64,000 nt of DNA from Acutalibacteraceae bacterium (GCA_045634325.1 JAZRAA010000040.1:33002-97001), one strand, 5' to 3'. Counted from the stretch's first letter, positions 9,767 through 21,852 are shown. Notes: generated by a model from the sequence alone, not told the origin. Numbers and translations: made by a program.

Positions 9767-10675
9767 TTATTCCGCAAATAACGCATCCGCAAAAGTTTGC
9801 GGGTCGAAGGGTTGCAAATCGTCAATCCCCTCGCCGACACCGATAAATTTCACCGGCACTTTCAAATCACCATGCAAAGCCAGAACCACGCCGCCTTTGG
9901 CTGTGCCATCCAGTTTGGTGAGCACGATGCCGGTCAAACCTGCGACCTCTTTGAATTCTTTTGCTTGGTTGACTGCGTTTTGACCGGTGGTAGCATCCAG
10001 CACCAACAGCACTTCTTTGTCTGCATCCGGTAATTCTCTATCAATGATACGGCTGATTTTATGCAGTTCGTCCATCAGATGTTTTTTGTTATGCAAACGA
10101 CCCGCAGTATCACAAATCACCACGTCACACCCACGGGACTTTGCGGCGGCAATGGCATCAAACACCACTGCACCGGGGTCAGCACCTTGCGCATGACGAA
10201 CAATATCCGCATGTGCACGACCTGCCCACACTTCCAGCTGTTCAATCGCTGCATCACGAAACGTGTCAGCAGCCGCAAGCAACACTTTTTTGCCATCTTT
10301 TTGCAAATTGTGTGCCAGTTTGCCGATAGTGGTGGTTTTACCCACACCATTGACACCGATAACCAAAATCACCGACGGTTTGGTATGCAGTTGCAACGCC
10401 TGTTCACCACGCAACATATCCGCCACAATGTCCTGCAACAGCGCACGCACTTTGGTGGTGTCGGAAACCCGCTCTTCTTTCACGCGGGTTTCCAATTGTT
10501 CACGTAACAGGGCAGCAGTCACAATACCGACGTCGCCCATAATTAAGATTTCTTCCAATTCATCAAACAATTCACGGTCGATTTTCACGAATGCTTTGAG
10601 CACACTGCCCAGCGGTGCCATCATCGCATCACGTGTCTTTTTCAAACCGCCACTGAATTTCTCGAATAAACCCAT
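9767..10675 (-). CDS. ftsY: signal recognition particle receptor FtsY
   Basis: SRP GTPase motifs GVNGVGKTTTIGKLA, DTAGR and TKLDGTAKGG. 302 aa. Confidence 0.96.
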   Translation of the reverse strand: MGLFEKFSGGLKKTRDAMMAPLGSVLKAFVKIDRELFDELEEILIMGDVGIVTAALLREQLETRVKEERVSDTTKVRALLQDIVADMLRGEQALQLHTKPSVILVIGVNGVGKTTTIGKLAHNLQKDGKKVLLAAADTFRDAAIEQLEVWAGRAHADIVRHAQGADPGAVVFDAIAAAKSRGCDVVICDTAGRLHNKKHLMDELHKISRIIDRELPDADKEVLLVLDATTGQNAVNQAKEFKEVAGLTGIVLTKLDGTAKGGVVLALHGDLKVPVKFIGVGEGIDDLQPFDPQTFADALFAE

Positions 10676-10685
10676 GTTTTACTCC

Positions 10686-13600
10686 TTATGCCTTGGCATC
10701 TAATTTGAGACCCAGTTTCTCCTCTACCTCGCTGGCACGCAGCTCAAGCATCTTAGAAACACCACGTTCTTGCATGGTAACACCATACAACGTATCTGCT
10801 TCTTCCATCGTACCACGACGGTGGGTGATAGCAATAAACTGTGTCTTATCACACATACGACGCAAGTATGCTGCATAACGGTCAACGTTGACATCGTCCA
10901 GTGCGGCTTCCACTTCGTCCAGCACACAGAACGGGGACGGTGTTACTTTTAAGATGGCAAACAACAATGCCGTAGCAGACAATGCTTTTTCACCGCCGGA
11001 CAACGCATCCAGATTTAAGATAACCTTTCCGGGGGGCTGAATATACATATCAATGCCGGAATTGAGAATATCCTCAGGGTCAGCCAATCGCAGTTCACCT
11101 TTACCGCCACCAAACATTTCGGCGAAAACAATACCGTAGTAATAGTTGATTTGCTTAAAGCGTTCAATAAAAATTTCACGCATATGCACGGTGAGCTTCT
11201 CAATCTGTTTTAACAGTTCATTGCGGGAGTTTTCTACATCCTCCACGTTGGTTTTCATGAACTGATACCGTTCATTGACCTCTTTATATTCTTCGATAGC
11301 TTCCACATTGACACTGCCCAGCGCACGAATCTTGTTTTTCAGTTCGGCGACTCGACGGTTTGCTTCACCGACGTTTTCAATCGGTTTTGCCACCGCTTCC
11401 GCTTCCATACGGGTGAGTTCATATTCCTCATACAAACGGCGGGTTAAGTCATCCACTTGTTTTTGTACGGAAATACCCTTTTCTTCCAAACGGGCGACCT
11501 CTTGACCCAGACGCTCACGCTCGTCATTCTTCTCGCGTGATTGTAAGCGCAAGCGGGTTTGCTCTGCTTCGCCCTCTTGCCGTTTTTGCACCAACGCTTC
11601 GATTTGTGCGTTGGAAGCGCCCGCCTCATCACGCAGTGCTTGCGCTTTTGCCAATATATCCGCAATTTTCGTTTCGATATCAGCGTTGGCGAGTTTCAGC
11701 AACTCAATCTGCGCAAGCAAGTTCTGACGGTGTCCGTCCGCATCGTTGCGACGGCTTTCCAAATCGGCAATCACCGCTTGCAAACTTTCAATTTCTTTTT
11801 GTGCAGCAAGTGCGTCCAAACGAGATTGCGCAATCTGTGCAGACAACGATTCTCTCTGTTCGGACAACTCTCTGCGTCCGCCCGAAACCGCTTCGATTTC
11901 CGCTTCCAGAGCCGCTTTTTCAGCGTTTTTCTGTTCAATTAACACGGTAGCGGATGCCGCGGTTTCTTTGGATTGTACCGCACGCGCATTGAGCGATTCG
12001 ATTTCCGCAGTCGCCTCTTGCACGGCCTGTTCACCGGCTTGCGCCAATTCACGCAAACGACGTACCTCCGCTTCACAACGGATACGGTCTTCCTGCGCTG
12101 TAATCAATTCGCCTTTCGCACCACTCAAAGCCGCTTCCACTGCAGCAATATCTTGTTGCAAGCGAGCATACTCCTGCATGGCGGTTTTTGCCTTTTCGGT
12201 GAGAGTTTCCGCCTCTTTCTCAAAGCGTTCAATTTCCGCACGACGAGACATCAGACCTGCACCTTTGATGCTGGAACCACCGGTCAGCGAACCACCGGCG
12301 TTGACCACCTGACCATCCAGCGTCACCACACGGAATTTATAGCCGTATTTACGAGCAATTGCGGTCGCATAATCCAAGTCTTCTGCAACAACAGTGCGAC
12401 CAAGCAAATTTTCCGCAATATCGGCGTACTGTTTGTCAAAAGATACCAAGTCTACCGCAAGACCTACAAATCCTGCTTCCGCATCGGGATTTTCCTGCAA
12501 ACGTTTGCCTTTGATGTAGGAAAGCGGCAAGAAAGTCACACGACCACCATTATTATCTTTCAAATAACGGATAGCACGTTTAGCATCTTCGTCACGGTCG
12601 CACACAATATTCTGTGCCGCCGCGCCCAGAGCGGTTTCTACCGCAAGCGCATACGCCGCTTCCGCACGAATGAGACGAGAAACAGGGCCGTGAATGCCAC
12701 GCAACTGTCCGTTTTCGGACTGTTTCATCACCGTTTTAACGCTCTGGGCAAAGCCGTCAAGGTTGCGCTCCAGTTCGGTGAGCAAACGTGCACGACGTGT
12801 TTTCTCTTCAGCATCCAATTTCAGTTTATCCGCTTGTGCTTTGGCGGTTTCTACCTTTCCGATACGGCTGTCATACCGCATTTGGTAGCCGTTAACCGTA
12901 TTTTGCAACGATTCGATGTTTTCACAGCAAACCTTCAAATCGTTTTCACATTGTTTCAATTCGTCATCGGTTTTGCGGTTTTGTTCGGTACGCAAAGCCA
13001 CCGCCGCAGTCACCTGCGACAAACGCAAGGTGATTTCAGACAGTGAGGATTCACCGGTACTCACCTTAACACGCAAGTCCGACAACGCCATCGCAATTTC
13101 GTTGGCTTTCGCAGACAAGGCTTCCATCTGACCCGCCGCCGATTCGCTGTTACGGGACAGATTTTCCATTTGTTCGGAAAGATCGAGTTGCTGTTGTGTA
13201 GCGTTTTCAATTGCCGTCTGTTTCTCAACAATTTCAGCTTGGCGGGCGGCAATATCTTCATCAATATGACGATTGCCGTCATCTGCGTTTTGAATTTCCG
13301 CTTCCATACGGGCAATGTTTTCGGTGTTGTGCGCAATATCATTGTGCAACACGGCCACACTGCTGTCATGCTGTGCCGCTTGTTCTAACAGTTCGCCTGC
13401 TTGACGACGAATATCATCCATCTGCACGTTGAGTTGTTGCGCCACCATATTGATGCGTTCGATTTCCTGTTCGAAATCGTCCTGCAAATCCCCGACCTTT
13501 TCATATTGTGTGCGTGCCAATTCCAGTTTGGCATCGAGTTCACGCAACACACCGCGGGATTCGTTCATGGTGCGCAACCACAAACCGATTTCCAGTTCTT

Positions 13601-14267
13601 TTTTCTCGCCCGCATAAGTCAAGAATTTCTTCGCTTTTTCGCACTGTTGTGCAAGCGGTCCGACACGATTTTCCAATTCCTGCAAAATATCACGCAAGCG
13701 CACCAAATTATCTTCCGCCACCTGCAAACGACGTTCTGCTTCGTTTTTATGATGACGATATTTCGCAATACCTGCCGCCTCTTCGAAAATTTCACGGCGG
13801 TCATGCGATTTGGACGAAACGATAGCGTCAATTCTACCCTGTCCGATAATGGAATAACCGTCTCTACCCAAGCCGGTATCCATAAACAACATTTGAATAT
13901 CTTTCAAACGCACCGCGGCATTATTGAGCATATACTCGCTTGCACCCGAGCGGTAGCAACGGCGGGTCACTTTCACGTCATCCGCATCAAAATCGAGTGC
14001 TCTGTCTTCGTTGCTGATAATCAGCGAGACCTCTGCGTATCCCATCGGTTTGCGCACGGTGGTGCCATTAAAGATAACGTCTTCCATTTTGGTACTGCGC
14101 AAACTTTTGCTGGACTGCTCACCGAGCACCCAACGGATAGCGTCACTGATATTCGACTTACCGCTGCCGTTAGGACCAACAACCGCGGTGATACCGTCAC
14201 TGAATTTCAAAACGGTTTTATCGGGAAACGATTTAAAACCGTGTATTTCCAACGCTTTGAGTATCAA
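10686..14267 (-). CDS. smc: chromosome segregation protein SMC
   Basis: 1193 aa with Walker A GPNGSGKSN, long coiled coils, a hinge, signature LSGGEKAL and Walker B VLDEVEAALD. TTG start with a GAGGTG SD. Confidence 0.97.
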   Translation of the reverse strand: MILKALEIHGFKSFPDKTVLKFSDGITAVVGPNGSGKSNISDAIRWVLGEQSSKSLRSTKMEDVIFNGTTVRKPMGYAEVSLIISNEDRALDFDADDVKVTRRCYRSGASEYMLNNAAVRLKDIQMLFMDTGLGRDGYSIIGQGRIDAIVSSKSHDRREIFEEAAGIAKYRHHKNEAERRLQVAEDNLVRLRDILQELENRVGPLAQQCEKAKKFLTYAGEKKELEIGLWLRTMNESRGVLRELDAKLELARTQYEKVGDLQDDFEQEIERINMVAQQLNVQMDDIRRQAGELLEQAAQHDSSVAVLHNDIAHNTENIARMEAEIQNADDGNRHIDEDIAARQAEIVEKQTAIENATQQQLDLSEQMENLSRNSESAAGQMEALSAKANEIAMALSDLRVKVSTGESSLSEITLRLSQVTAAVALRTEQNRKTDDELKQCENDLKVCCENIESLQNTVNGYQMRYDSRIGKVETAKAQADKLKLDAEEKTRRARLLTELERNLDGFAQSVKTVMKQSENGQLRGIHGPVSRLIRAEAAYALAVETALGAAAQNIVCDRDEDAKRAIRYLKDNNGGRVTFLPLSYIKGKRLQENPDAEAGFVGLAVDLVSFDKQYADIAENLLGRTVVAEDLDYATAIARKYGYKFRVVTLDGQVVNAGGSLTGGSSIKGAGLMSRRAEIERFEKEAETLTEKAKTAMQEYARLQQDIAAVEAALSGAKGELITAQEDRIRCEAEVRRLRELAQAGEQAVQEATAEIESLNARAVQSKETAASATVLIEQKNAEKAALEAEIEAVSGGRRELSEQRESLSAQIAQSRLDALAAQKEIESLQAVIADLESRRNDADGHRQNLLAQIELLKLANADIETKIADILAKAQALRDEAGASNAQIEALVQKRQEGEAEQTRLRLQSREKNDERERLGQEVARLEEKGISVQKQVDDLTRRLYEEYELTRMEAEAVAKPIENVGEANRRVAELKNKIRALGSVNVEAIEEYKEVNERYQFMKTNVEDVENSRNELLKQIEKLTVHMREIFIERFKQINYYYGIVFAEMFGGGKGELRLADPEDILNSGIDMYIQPPGKVILNLDALSGGEKALSATALLFAILKVTPSPFCVLDEVEAALDDVNVDRYAAYLRRMCDKTQFIAITHRRGTMEEADTLYGVTMQERGVSKMLELRASEVEEKLGLKLDAKA

Positions 14268-14289
14268 TTCATCTCACCTCTTTAAAACC

Positions 14290-14973
14290 TTAATACCCCA
14301 TCAGCTGCAACGCTTCTTTTGCAGCCAGTTGCTCTGCTTCTTTTTTGCTTCTCGCTTTACCGGTGCCGATACTATTGGAATTGAGATACACTTGCACCGT
14401 AAACTGTTTGCGATGGTCAGGACCCGACGCACCCGTCAGGACATATTCCAGCTTTTCGCCGGGGTTTTGCTGGATTATCTCCTGGAGGGTAGTCTTATAA
14501 TCTTTAAATTGTCTGCGGCGTTGGTTTTGTGCTTCCGCCACAATGAACCGCAACACGAATTTCGTGGCAGGTTCTAAACCGCCGTCCAGATAAATAGCGG
14601 CCACAATCGCTTCAAAAGCATCCGCAAGAATAGACGGACGCCCTGCACCGCCCGACATTCTTTCGCCTTTTCCCAGCCGCAAGAATTCACCTACCTGCAA
14701 CTGTTGGGAATACGCATACAGTGCTTTCTCACACACCACCGCCGCACGCAATTTGGTCAATTCACCTTCCGCGCTGCCGTCTTTGTGAAACAGCTCATTG
14801 GCAGTGATAAATCCCAGCACCGAATCGCCCAAAAATTCCAGACGTTCGTTACTGGACAACCCCCTGTCCCCTTCGTTTGCATACGAAGAATGGGTCAGGG
14901 CGTTTTCCAAAAGGGATACATCTTGAAAGGTGTATCCAATGTTATTCATTAAGGGTTGCAAATCCTGTTGCAT
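14290..14973 (-). CDS. rnc: ribonuclease III
   Basis: ERLEFLGDSVLG signature plus a C-terminal dsRBD. ATG 14971-14973 is preferred over the GTG at 14982 because AAGGAG lies 8 nt upstream. Confidence 0.94.
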   Translation of the reverse strand: MQQDLQPLMNNIGYTFQDVSLLENALTHSSYANEGDRGLSSNERLEFLGDSVLGFITANELFHKDGSAEGELTKLRAAVVCEKALYAYSQQLQVGEFLRLGKGERMSGGAGRPSILADAFEAIVAAIYLDGGLEPATKFVLRFIVAEAQNQRRRQFKDYKTTLQEIIQQNPGEKLEYVLTGASGPDHRKQFTVQVYLNSNSIGTGKARSKKEAEQLAAKEALQLMGY

Positions 14974-14978
14974 CCCGC

Positions 14979-15977
14979 TCACTCCTTATTTTCAGTGCTC
15001 ACCGCTTCGGTGATTGCCTCAATCACACCCGATTGTGCAAACAAAGCGGCTTGCCGAATGGCACTGCAAAATGCTTTCGCATCCGAATTGCCGTGCGCTT
15101 TAATCACAGGTTTCGCCACACCGATAATGGGAGCACCACCGTGTTCGGAAACGTCCATTTTCTTCTTGAATGCACCAAGTTGCGGTTTGACCAGCATGGC
15201 CGCCAACATGGTCAGCAAGTTGCTTTTGAAAACACGCTTAATATTGCGCATTAACGTCAAGGTCGTGCCTTCGATACATTTCAGCAATATGTTACCGGTG
15301 AAACCGTCTGCCACCACAATGTCCGCCGCCCCGGCAGGTACGTCACGTGCTTCGATATTGCCCATAAACGGTAAATCGCTCTCTTTGAGCATTGCGTAGG
15401 CTTCTTGTTGTAAAGCGGTACCTTTGCATTCTTCGGTGCCGATGTTGAGCAAACCGATTTTTGCATCCTTACGACCGAGCACACGGGTCATATAAATATG
15501 TCCCATCTGTGCAAACTGCACCAACATCTCGGGACGGCAATCCGCGTTTGCGCCGCAATCAATCAACAAAAACGGATTGGTGTCTGCGGGAATGAGCGGT
15601 GCCAACGCAGGACGAGATACGCCTTTGATACGCTTGACAATAAAAGTGGCACCCATAATCAGCGCACCGGTACTGCCGGCACTGACAAACGCATCACCAT
15701 CGCCCGCCGCCAACAAGCGTAAACCTTCCGCCATAGAACTGTTTTTCTTCGCTTTGAGAACCGCACGCGGTTCATCTTCCATTTCCATCACGTCAGGGGC
15801 ATCCACGATGGTCATACCATCCAAACAAATACTATGTTTTGCAGACAAATCACGAATGATTTCCTCTCTGCCGACCAAGGTTACCTCTACCGAAAGGGTC
15901 TTTACCGCCATTGCGGCGCCACGCAAAATTTCCAGCGGTGCATTATCGCCACCGAAAGCATCTACTATAATACGCAT
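14979..15977 (-). CDS. plsX: phosphate acyltransferase PlsX
   Basis: 332 aa starting MRIIVDAFGGDNAP, with a PlsX-like sequence throughout. Confidence 0.94.
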   Translation of the reverse strand: MRIIVDAFGGDNAPLEILRGAAMAVKTLSVEVTLVGREEIIRDLSAKHSICLDGMTIVDAPDVMEMEDEPRAVLKAKKNSSMAEGLRLLAAGDGDAFVSAGSTGALIMGATFIVKRIKGVSRPALAPLIPADTNPFLLIDCGANADCRPEMLVQFAQMGHIYMTRVLGRKDAKIGLLNIGTEECKGTALQQEAYAMLKESDLPFMGNIEARDVPAGAADIVVADGFTGNILLKCIEGTTLTLMRNIKRVFKSNLLTMLAAMLVKPQLGAFKKKMDVSEHGGAPIIGVAKPVIKAHGNSDAKAFCSAIRQAALFAQSGVIEAITEAVSTENKE

Positions 15978-15981
15978 ATTA

Positions 15982-17289
15982 TCAGTCTCCCTTCCTCTCT
16001 TCTAACATGGCAAGCGCCCTCTCCGACAGTGCGGCATAGCGCATTTTTTTATCACGGATATGATTTTCAAGCGGCGGTAAAATACCAAAATTGGCACCCA
16101 TCGGTTGAAAATCCGTTGTTTTGGTACATACATGGGATGCGAGCGCACCCATCATTGTCTCACGCGGCAAGATTAGCGGGGATTCGCCTTTGACCAAGCG
16201 TGCGGCGTTGATACCGGCGAGCAAACCCGATGCCGCCGATTCCATATACCCTTCCACGCCAGTCATCTGCCCTGCAAAAAACAAATTTTTTCTGGATTTT
16301 ACAGCAAAATCCGCACCGAGAAAATCGGGGGATTGCAAAAATGTGTTGCGATGCATCACACCGTACCGCATAAACTCCGCTTTTTTCAATGCGGGAATCA
16401 TACCAAACACTCGTTTTTGCTCACCGAATTTCAAATTCGTCTGGAATCCGACCAAATTATACAGCGTACCATCGGCGTTTTCGGTGCGCAACTGCAACAC
16501 CGCCCACGGACGATGCCCTGTGCGCGGGTCCCGCAAACCCACCGGTTTCATGGGACCAAATCGCAAGGTGTCAGCGCCACGTTTGGCAAGCACCTCAATC
16601 GGCATACAACCTTCATACACTTTCAGTTTGTCAAAAGCGTGCAATGGTGCTGATTCCGCTGTGACAAGTGCTTCATAAAACGCCTCGTATTCCGCTTTGT
16701 TCATCGGGCAGTTGATATAATCGCCCTCACCCGTCTCTTCACGGTCATATCGAGAAGCACGAAAAGCACTTCCCATATCCACACTTTCCGCCGTGACAAT
16801 CGGCGCTGCTGCATCATAGAAATGCAAACCGCCGCACATCTTTTCAATGTCTGCCGCCAAGCTGTCAGCTGTCAGCGGTCCTGTTGCGACCACCGTAACA
16901 CCATCGGTAGGCAATTGGGTAACTTCTTCTTCCACCACCGTGATGAGCGGATGGGAACGGATTTTTTCTGTTATCGCGCCGGAAAATGCATCGCGGTCCA
17001 CCGCAAGTGCCCCGCCCGCCGGCACGGCACATTCCTCTGCAACCGGCACGCACAACGAACCCAATCGTTTCATCTCTGCCTTGAGCAGACCTGCTGCGCT
17101 CTCCAACCGCCGTGCTTTCAATGAATTGGAACACACCAACTCCGCAAACAAGGGAGACGTGTGCGCAGGGGTATATTTTTGCGGTTTCATTTCATACAAC
17201 TGCACGGGAATACCCGCGCTAGCCACCGCATACGCCGCTTCACAACCGGCAAGACCGGCGCCGATAACGGTTACTTTCTTTTCACTCAT
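15982..17289 (-). CDS. trmFO: methylenetetrahydrofolate--tRNA-(uracil54-C5)-methyltransferase TrmFO
   Basis: 435 aa with the N-terminal FAD fold [12 protein letters not shown] (Gid/TrmFO family). ATGA overlap with the topA stop. Confidence 0.93.
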   Translation of the reverse strand: MSEKKVTVIGAGLAGCEAAYAVASAGIPVQLYEMKPQKYTPAHTSPLFAELVCSNSLKARRLESAAGLLKAEMKRLGSLCVPVAEECAVPAGGALAVDRDAFSGAITEKIRSHPLITVVEEEVTQLPTDGVTVVATGPLTADSLAADIEKMCGGLHFYDAAAPIVTAESVDMGSAFRASRYDREETGEGDYINCPMNKAEYEAFYEALVTAESAPLHAFDKLKVYEGCMPIEVLAKRGADTLRFGPMKPVGLRDPRTGHRPWAVLQLRTENADGTLYNLVGFQTNLKFGEQKRVFGMIPALKKAEFMRYGVMHRNTFLQSPDFLGADFAVKSRKNLFFAGQMTGVEGYMESAASGLLAGINAARLVKGESPLILPRETMMGALASHVCTKTTDFQPMGANFGILPPLENHIRDKKMRYAALSERALAMLEERKGD

Positions 17290-19358
17290 ACTTTCTCAAA
17301 TCCACAATTTTCAGTGCGGCAATACACACCGCCGTTTTTACCTTTGCGTTTGAACAGAGTTTTGCCGCATTTGGGACAGGTTTCTGCCGTCGGCTCATCC
17401 CACGTCATAAAATTACAAGTGGGATAGTTTTCACAACCAAAGAATTTGCGGTTGTGGCGGGATTTTTTCATGATGATTTTTCCACCGCAATCAGGACACA
17501 CACCTACGGTTTCTTCCACAATAGGTTTGGTGTTCTTGCAGTCAGGATAAGCGGGGCAAGCGAGGAATTTACCGAATCTGCCGGACTTGACAACCATTTT
17601 CCGTCCGCACAGTTCACACACCTCATCGCTTTCCACTTCAGGCACTTTGATGCGTTCACCCGACAAAGAGGTTTCTGCCTCTTGCAAAGTTTTGGAAAAG
17701 TCCACGTAAAATGCATCCAGCGTATTCACCCAATTTTTCTTGCCGTTTTCCACCGCATCCAACTGTTGTTCGATTTGCGCGGTGAATTCGGTATCGACAA
17801 TCTGCGGGAACTTATCCTTCATCAGAGAGGTCACCACTTCACCCAAAGCAGTGGGTTTGAGCGCCTTGTTTTCCCGCTCAATATATTCACGGGATAAAAT
17901 GGTGCTGACAGTCGGCGCATACGTAGACGGACGACCGATGCCGTTTTCTTCCATTTCCTTAATCAACGAAGCTTCGGTATACCGTGCGGGCGGTTGAGTG
18001 AAATGTTGGTTACCTTTCAGTTCACGGGTCACAAAAGTATCCCCTTCGCTGATAACGGCAAGCGGACGATTCTCGTCCTCTTTTTCATCCTTACCTTCCA
18101 CGTACAAAACAGTATAACCGTCAAATTCCACCGTGTAACCGGACGATTTAAAGATATACTGACCCGCCGCAATGTCTGCTTGGCAGGTTTTTTGCTGTTG
18201 GTCAGCCATCAAACTGGCAATAAAACGTTCCCAAATCAGCTTATAAAGTTTATATTGGTCACTCGACAGAGAGCCTTTCACCTGCTCAGGTGTCAAAGAC
18301 GGCATAGACGGACGAATCGCTTCGTGTGCATCCTGCGCATTGTTTTTGCTTTTGAACACACGCGCTTTTGCAGGCAAATACGCATCGCCGTAGGTTTCTT
18401 TGATATATGCCGTACCGCTGGCACGCGCTTCGTCGGAAATGCGCAAAGAGTCGGTACGCATATAGGTGATTAAACCCGTCGTGCCTTCGCCCTCAAGTTC
18501 CACACCTTCATACAACTCCTGTGCCGCTTTCATGGTGCGATTAGAAGAGAAACCAAGTTTGCGGTTGGCTTCCTGTTGCAAAGTAGAAGTGATAAAAGGA
18601 GGCGCGGGTGCAATTTTACGTTTACCGGTTTTTACCGAAATCGCTTTAAAGGTCTCCCCTTGCAATTCCGCCAAAATAGCGTTAGCTGTTTTCTCGTCTT
18701 TGATTTTCAGTTTACCTTTGGCGTTACCATGCAAACGAGCGGGGAAAGTTTTGCCCTTTTCGGTGCGAGACAAAGCCGCATCCACCGTCCAAAACTCCTC
18801 GCTGACAAAACTGCGAATCGCATTCTCACGGTCTACCACCAAACTGACGGTAGCGGATTGCACACGACCTGCCGAAAGGCCCTGGCGAATACTTTTCCAC
18901 AAAAAAGGACTGAGTTTGTAGCCAACAATACGGTCTAATATACGGCGTGCTTGCTGTGCATCCACTAAATCCAAATCCAATTTGCGCGGTTTCTGCATGC
19001 CTGCCGTCACACCGCTGCGGGTAATTTCATTGAACGTCACACGGTTTTTTTGCGCAGTATCCAATTCTAAAATCTGTGCCAGATGCCACGAAATCGCCTC
19101 ACCTTCACGGTCAGGGTCAGTTGCGAGGTACACGCACTCCGCATCCGCTGCTTTAGCACGCAATTGACGGATCAATGCAGTTTTGCCGGGGATGTCCATA
19201 TAACGCGGTTTGAACTGCCGTTGAATATCCACGCCGAGTAAACTTTTGGGCAGATCACGCACGTGACCCATTGAAGCGACCACTTCGTATCCTGCACCCA
19301 AATATTTCTGAATAGTTTTAGCCTTGGCAGGCGACTCCACGATGACCAGTTTCGACAT
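17286..19358 (-). CDS. topA: DNA topoisomerase I
   Basis: 690 aa with [18 protein letters not shown], active-site region YMRTDS and three C-terminal Cys4 zinc ribbons. Confidence 0.97.
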   Translation of the reverse strand: MSKLVIVESPAKAKTIQKYLGAGYEVVASMGHVRDLPKSLLGVDIQRQFKPRYMDIPGKTALIRQLRAKAADAECVYLATDPDREGEAISWHLAQILELDTAQKNRVTFNEITRSGVTAGMQKPRKLDLDLVDAQQARRILDRIVGYKLSPFLWKSIRQGLSAGRVQSATVSLVVDRENAIRSFVSEEFWTVDAALSRTEKGKTFPARLHGNAKGKLKIKDEKTANAILAELQGETFKAISVKTGKRKIAPAPPFITSTLQQEANRKLGFSSNRTMKAAQELYEGVELEGEGTTGLITYMRTDSLRISDEARASGTAYIKETYGDAYLPAKARVFKSKNNAQDAHEAIRPSMPSLTPEQVKGSLSSDQYKLYKLIWERFIASLMADQQQKTCQADIAAGQYIFKSSGYTVEFDGYTVLYVEGKDEKEDENRPLAVISEGDTFVTRELKGNQHFTQPPARYTEASLIKEMEENGIGRPSTYAPTVSTILSREYIERENKALKPTALGEVVTSLMKDKFPQIVDTEFTAQIEQQLDAVENGKKNWVNTLDAFYVDFSKTLQEAETSLSGERIKVPEVESDEVCELCGRKMVVKSGRFGKFLACPAYPDCKNTKPIVEETVGVCPDCGGKIIMKKSRHNRKFFGCENYPTCNFMTWDEPTAETCPKCGKTLFKRKGKNGGVYCRTENCGFEKV

Positions 19359-19394
19359 AATGACCGGTCTCCTTTCTTCACAACCTGATGAAAA

Positions 19395-20597
19395 TTAACG
19401 TTTTATCTTTTTGCGGTATTGCTGACCCGCTGTTTGTTCCACACATTGTAACATTTCCAGCTCGGTCAACAGTATCAGTAAACGGTGCGGGGGTAGTTCC
19501 GCTTTCTTTGCCAACACATCCACTAAACACGGTTGTTCATCCATCAGAGCGAACACCCGTTTGGCTTCTGTGGACGCCTCTGCGGGACATTCCACCATCA
19601 CGGTTTCTGTTATTTTCTCATTTATCATTTCTGTATTGTGCGCTTCTTCGGTATGTCCAAAAGCCGCTTTACGACAGGTTTCCTCCGCACTTTTGGCCGC
19701 TTCTATATCCAGTATGCCGGCATATCGCTCTGCATACTCTTCCAAAATGTCCGTCGCACACGATACCAGTACGGCACCTTGCCGTATCTGTTGATGCGCA
19801 CCGTCGTGTTTTCCATCAAAAACATCTCCCGGCACAGCAAACACTTCTTTACCTTGCTCCCGTGCAAAGTTTGCCGTTATCAACGTCCCGCTTCGCGCCG
19901 GTGCCTCGGTGATACAGGTGCCCACGCACATACCCGCTATCAAACGGTTACGCACGTGATAATCACACTTTTCTTTGGTAAAAGGCGGATACTCGGTGAC
20001 AATCGCTCCGCCTCTTTTGAGTATTTCTCGGCGCAGTGCCGTGTTTTCGGGTGGGTATTCCACATCGGGCGACGCCGCTTTTACCAGCACCGTCTTTCCG
20101 CCCACATACAACGCACCTTCGTGCGCTGCGGCATCACCATACTTAGCACCGCCGCTGACCACAATTGCGCCTGCCGCCGCCAATCCGGCACTCAGACAAA
20201 ACGTGAGTTTTGCACCGTTATCCGAAATACCGCGGGTGCCAACCACCGCAATGGCGGGCAAAGTATTAAAATCGGGCAACGCACCTTGCACATACAGCAC
20301 AGCGGGAAAACCCGCAATATGCCGTAGACTGTCGGGATACCGTGCATCGTCCGGCGTGAGTATCCAACCACCCACTTGTTGCATATCCGCCACAATGCGA
20401 GTGGCATCACGCAGTGATTTATCTGCCAGCGCCTGTACGATTGCAGACCGTAACCCCAACCGTTCCAATTGCTTTTTATCCGCAGCATAGATATCACCGA
20501 TATCTTCAAAATGCTCAAACAACAAATTGATAACCGTTGAGCCGATCGGCAAACGTCGTTGCAGCCAAATCCAATATAAACGGCGGTCAGGATTCAT
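19395..20597 (-). CDS. dprA: DNA-processing protein DprA
   Basis: 400 aa with a Rossmann-like core AVVGTRGISDNG...GGAKYGDAAAH...FAVPG. The dprA-topA-trmFO order is conserved. Confidence 0.9.
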   Translation of the reverse strand: MNPDRRLYWIWLQRRLPIGSTVINLLFEHFEDIGDIYAADKKQLERLGLRSAIVQALADKSLRDATRIVADMQQVGGWILTPDDARYPDSLRHIAGFPAVLYVQGALPDFNTLPAIAVVGTRGISDNGAKLTFCLSAGLAAAGAIVVSGGAKYGDAAAHEGALYVGGKTVLVKAASPDVEYPPENTALRREILKRGGAIVTEYPPFTKEKCDYHVRNRLIAGMCVGTCITEAPARSGTLITANFAREQGKEVFAVPGDVFDGKHDGAHQQIRQGAVLVSCATDILEEYAERYAGILDIEAAKSAEETCRKAAFGHTEEAHNTEMINEKITETVMVECPAEASTEAKRVFALMDEQPCLVDVLAKKAELPPHRLLILLTELEMLQCVEQTAGQQYRKKIKR

Positions 20598-21391
20598 GCG
20601 TCACCCCGCCTTTTCATCTCCCACATCACAATTCCCGCCGCCATCGCCGCATTGAGCGATTCGGCACGGCCGTCCATGGGAATGGTCACACGTGCATTAC
20701 AAGCGGCAATCGTTTGTGATTTCAAGCCGTTGCCTTCGTTTCCAATTAAGCAAACACATCCGTTGTGCAGTACCGTTTCCCGAATATCTTGTGCATCCGC
20801 GTGCGGCACACAAGCATACGTTTGAAAGCCACCCGCACGCAAATCGGCAACCGCCGCAGTCATATCCGTAACGTAAAATAACGGCAGCCGAAACACGCCG
20901 CCCATACTGCCACGCAACACTTTCGGATTATACACATCACAACAACCCGCAGACAGTAACAAACCGTCCAGCCCCAATGCCTCAGCAGTACGCACTGTCG
21001 CGCCCAAGTTGGCGGGGTCTTGGACATCTTCCAACGCCAGATACCGTCCGTTTGCAGACAACGCCGTCAGTGCCGCGCGGGTTTGCGGCATCTCACAAAT
21101 GCAAAAAATGCCCTGCGGAGAGGTCGTTTCGCCAATATGCTGTGCCAATGCAGGCGTGATAAGCAATGCCGTGTGTGCAGCTTGCAAAATCGGTTGCAAC
21201 TGTGCCGCATATGTAACCGATGCCTGCTCAGTATATAACACCGTTTGGATACCTATACCGGACACCGCCGCATCGTTGCAAAGACGCGCGCCCTCGCACA
21301 CAAACAGGTTATGTTTACGACGAATACGGCCGTCTGCAGACAGTTGTTTGAACAGTTTTACGTGTTGATTATCCTTGCTGCTAACCACCAT
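20594..21391 (-). CDS. TrmH/SpoU-family RNA 2'-O-methyltransferase
   Basis: SpoU motifs LEDVQDPANLG, LIGNEGNGL and IPMDGRAESLNAAMAAGI. 265 aa. Confidence 0.85.
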   Translation of the reverse strand: MVVSSKDNQHVKLFKQLSADGRIRRKHNLFVCEGARLCNDAAVSGIGIQTVLYTEQASVTYAAQLQPILQAAHTALLITPALAQHIGETTSPQGIFCICEMPQTRAALTALSANGRYLALEDVQDPANLGATVRTAEALGLDGLLLSAGCCDVYNPKVLRGSMGGVFRLPLFYVTDMTAAVADLRAGGFQTYACVPHADAQDIRETVLHNGCVCLIGNEGNGLKSQTIAACNARVTIPMDGRAESLNAAMAAGIVMWEMKRRGDA

Positions 21392-21424
21392 ATGGCATAC
21401 CTCCTCACTGCAAAAATCGGGCGT

Positions 21425-21466
21425 ATAAAACGGAAACGGCGCCCATCGGTCTTGCCGATGGGCGCA
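21425..21466 (-). terminator. terminator after rplT
   Basis: 11-bp GC-rich stem GCGCCCATCGG/CCGATGGGCGC (21439-21465) followed on the minus strand by GTTTCCGTTTTAT. Confidence 0.65.
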
Positions 21467-21474
21467 ATTAGAGC

Positions 21475-21834
21475 TTATTTAGAGAGCGCTTTTTGAGCTT
21501 TGACAACCAGCGCTGCGAAAGCAGCAGAATCGGTTGCAGCCAGTTCAGCCAGCATTTTGCGGTTCATGGTGATACCCGCTTTTTTCAAACCGTTCATGAA
21601 AGTGGAATAATTCATGCCGTTGATTTTCGCAGCAGCGGAAATACGAGCAATCCACAGACGACGGAAATCACGTTTACGCTGTTTACGGCCGATGTAAGCA
21701 TACTGACCGGATTTCATAACCGCTTCTTTAGCAGTTTTGAACAGCTTGGATTTCGCACCATAGTAACCCTTTGCGAGTTTTAATACTTTCTTTCTTCTTT
21801 TGCGCGTCATCATTGCGCCTTTAATACGAGCCAT
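21475..21834 (-). CDS. rplT: 50S ribosomal protein L20
   Basis: 119 aa starting [26 protein letters not shown]. Confidence 0.98.
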   Translation of the reverse strand: MARIKGAMMTRKRRKKVLKLAKGYYGAKSKLFKTAKEAVMKSGQYAYIGRKQRKRDFRRLWIARISAAAKINGMNYSTFMNGLKKAGITMNRKMLAELAATDSAAFAALVVKAQKALSK

Positions 21835-21852
21835 GTTTCGTAACCTCCGTCC

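Noticed and set aside
14974-14982. Expected fabD-fabG-acpP between plsX and rnc, as in Bacillus; checked for a missed small acpP ORF.
   Set aside because: Only 5 nt separate the plsX stop and the rnc ATG, so no ORF can fit. The fab/acp genes must be elsewhere.
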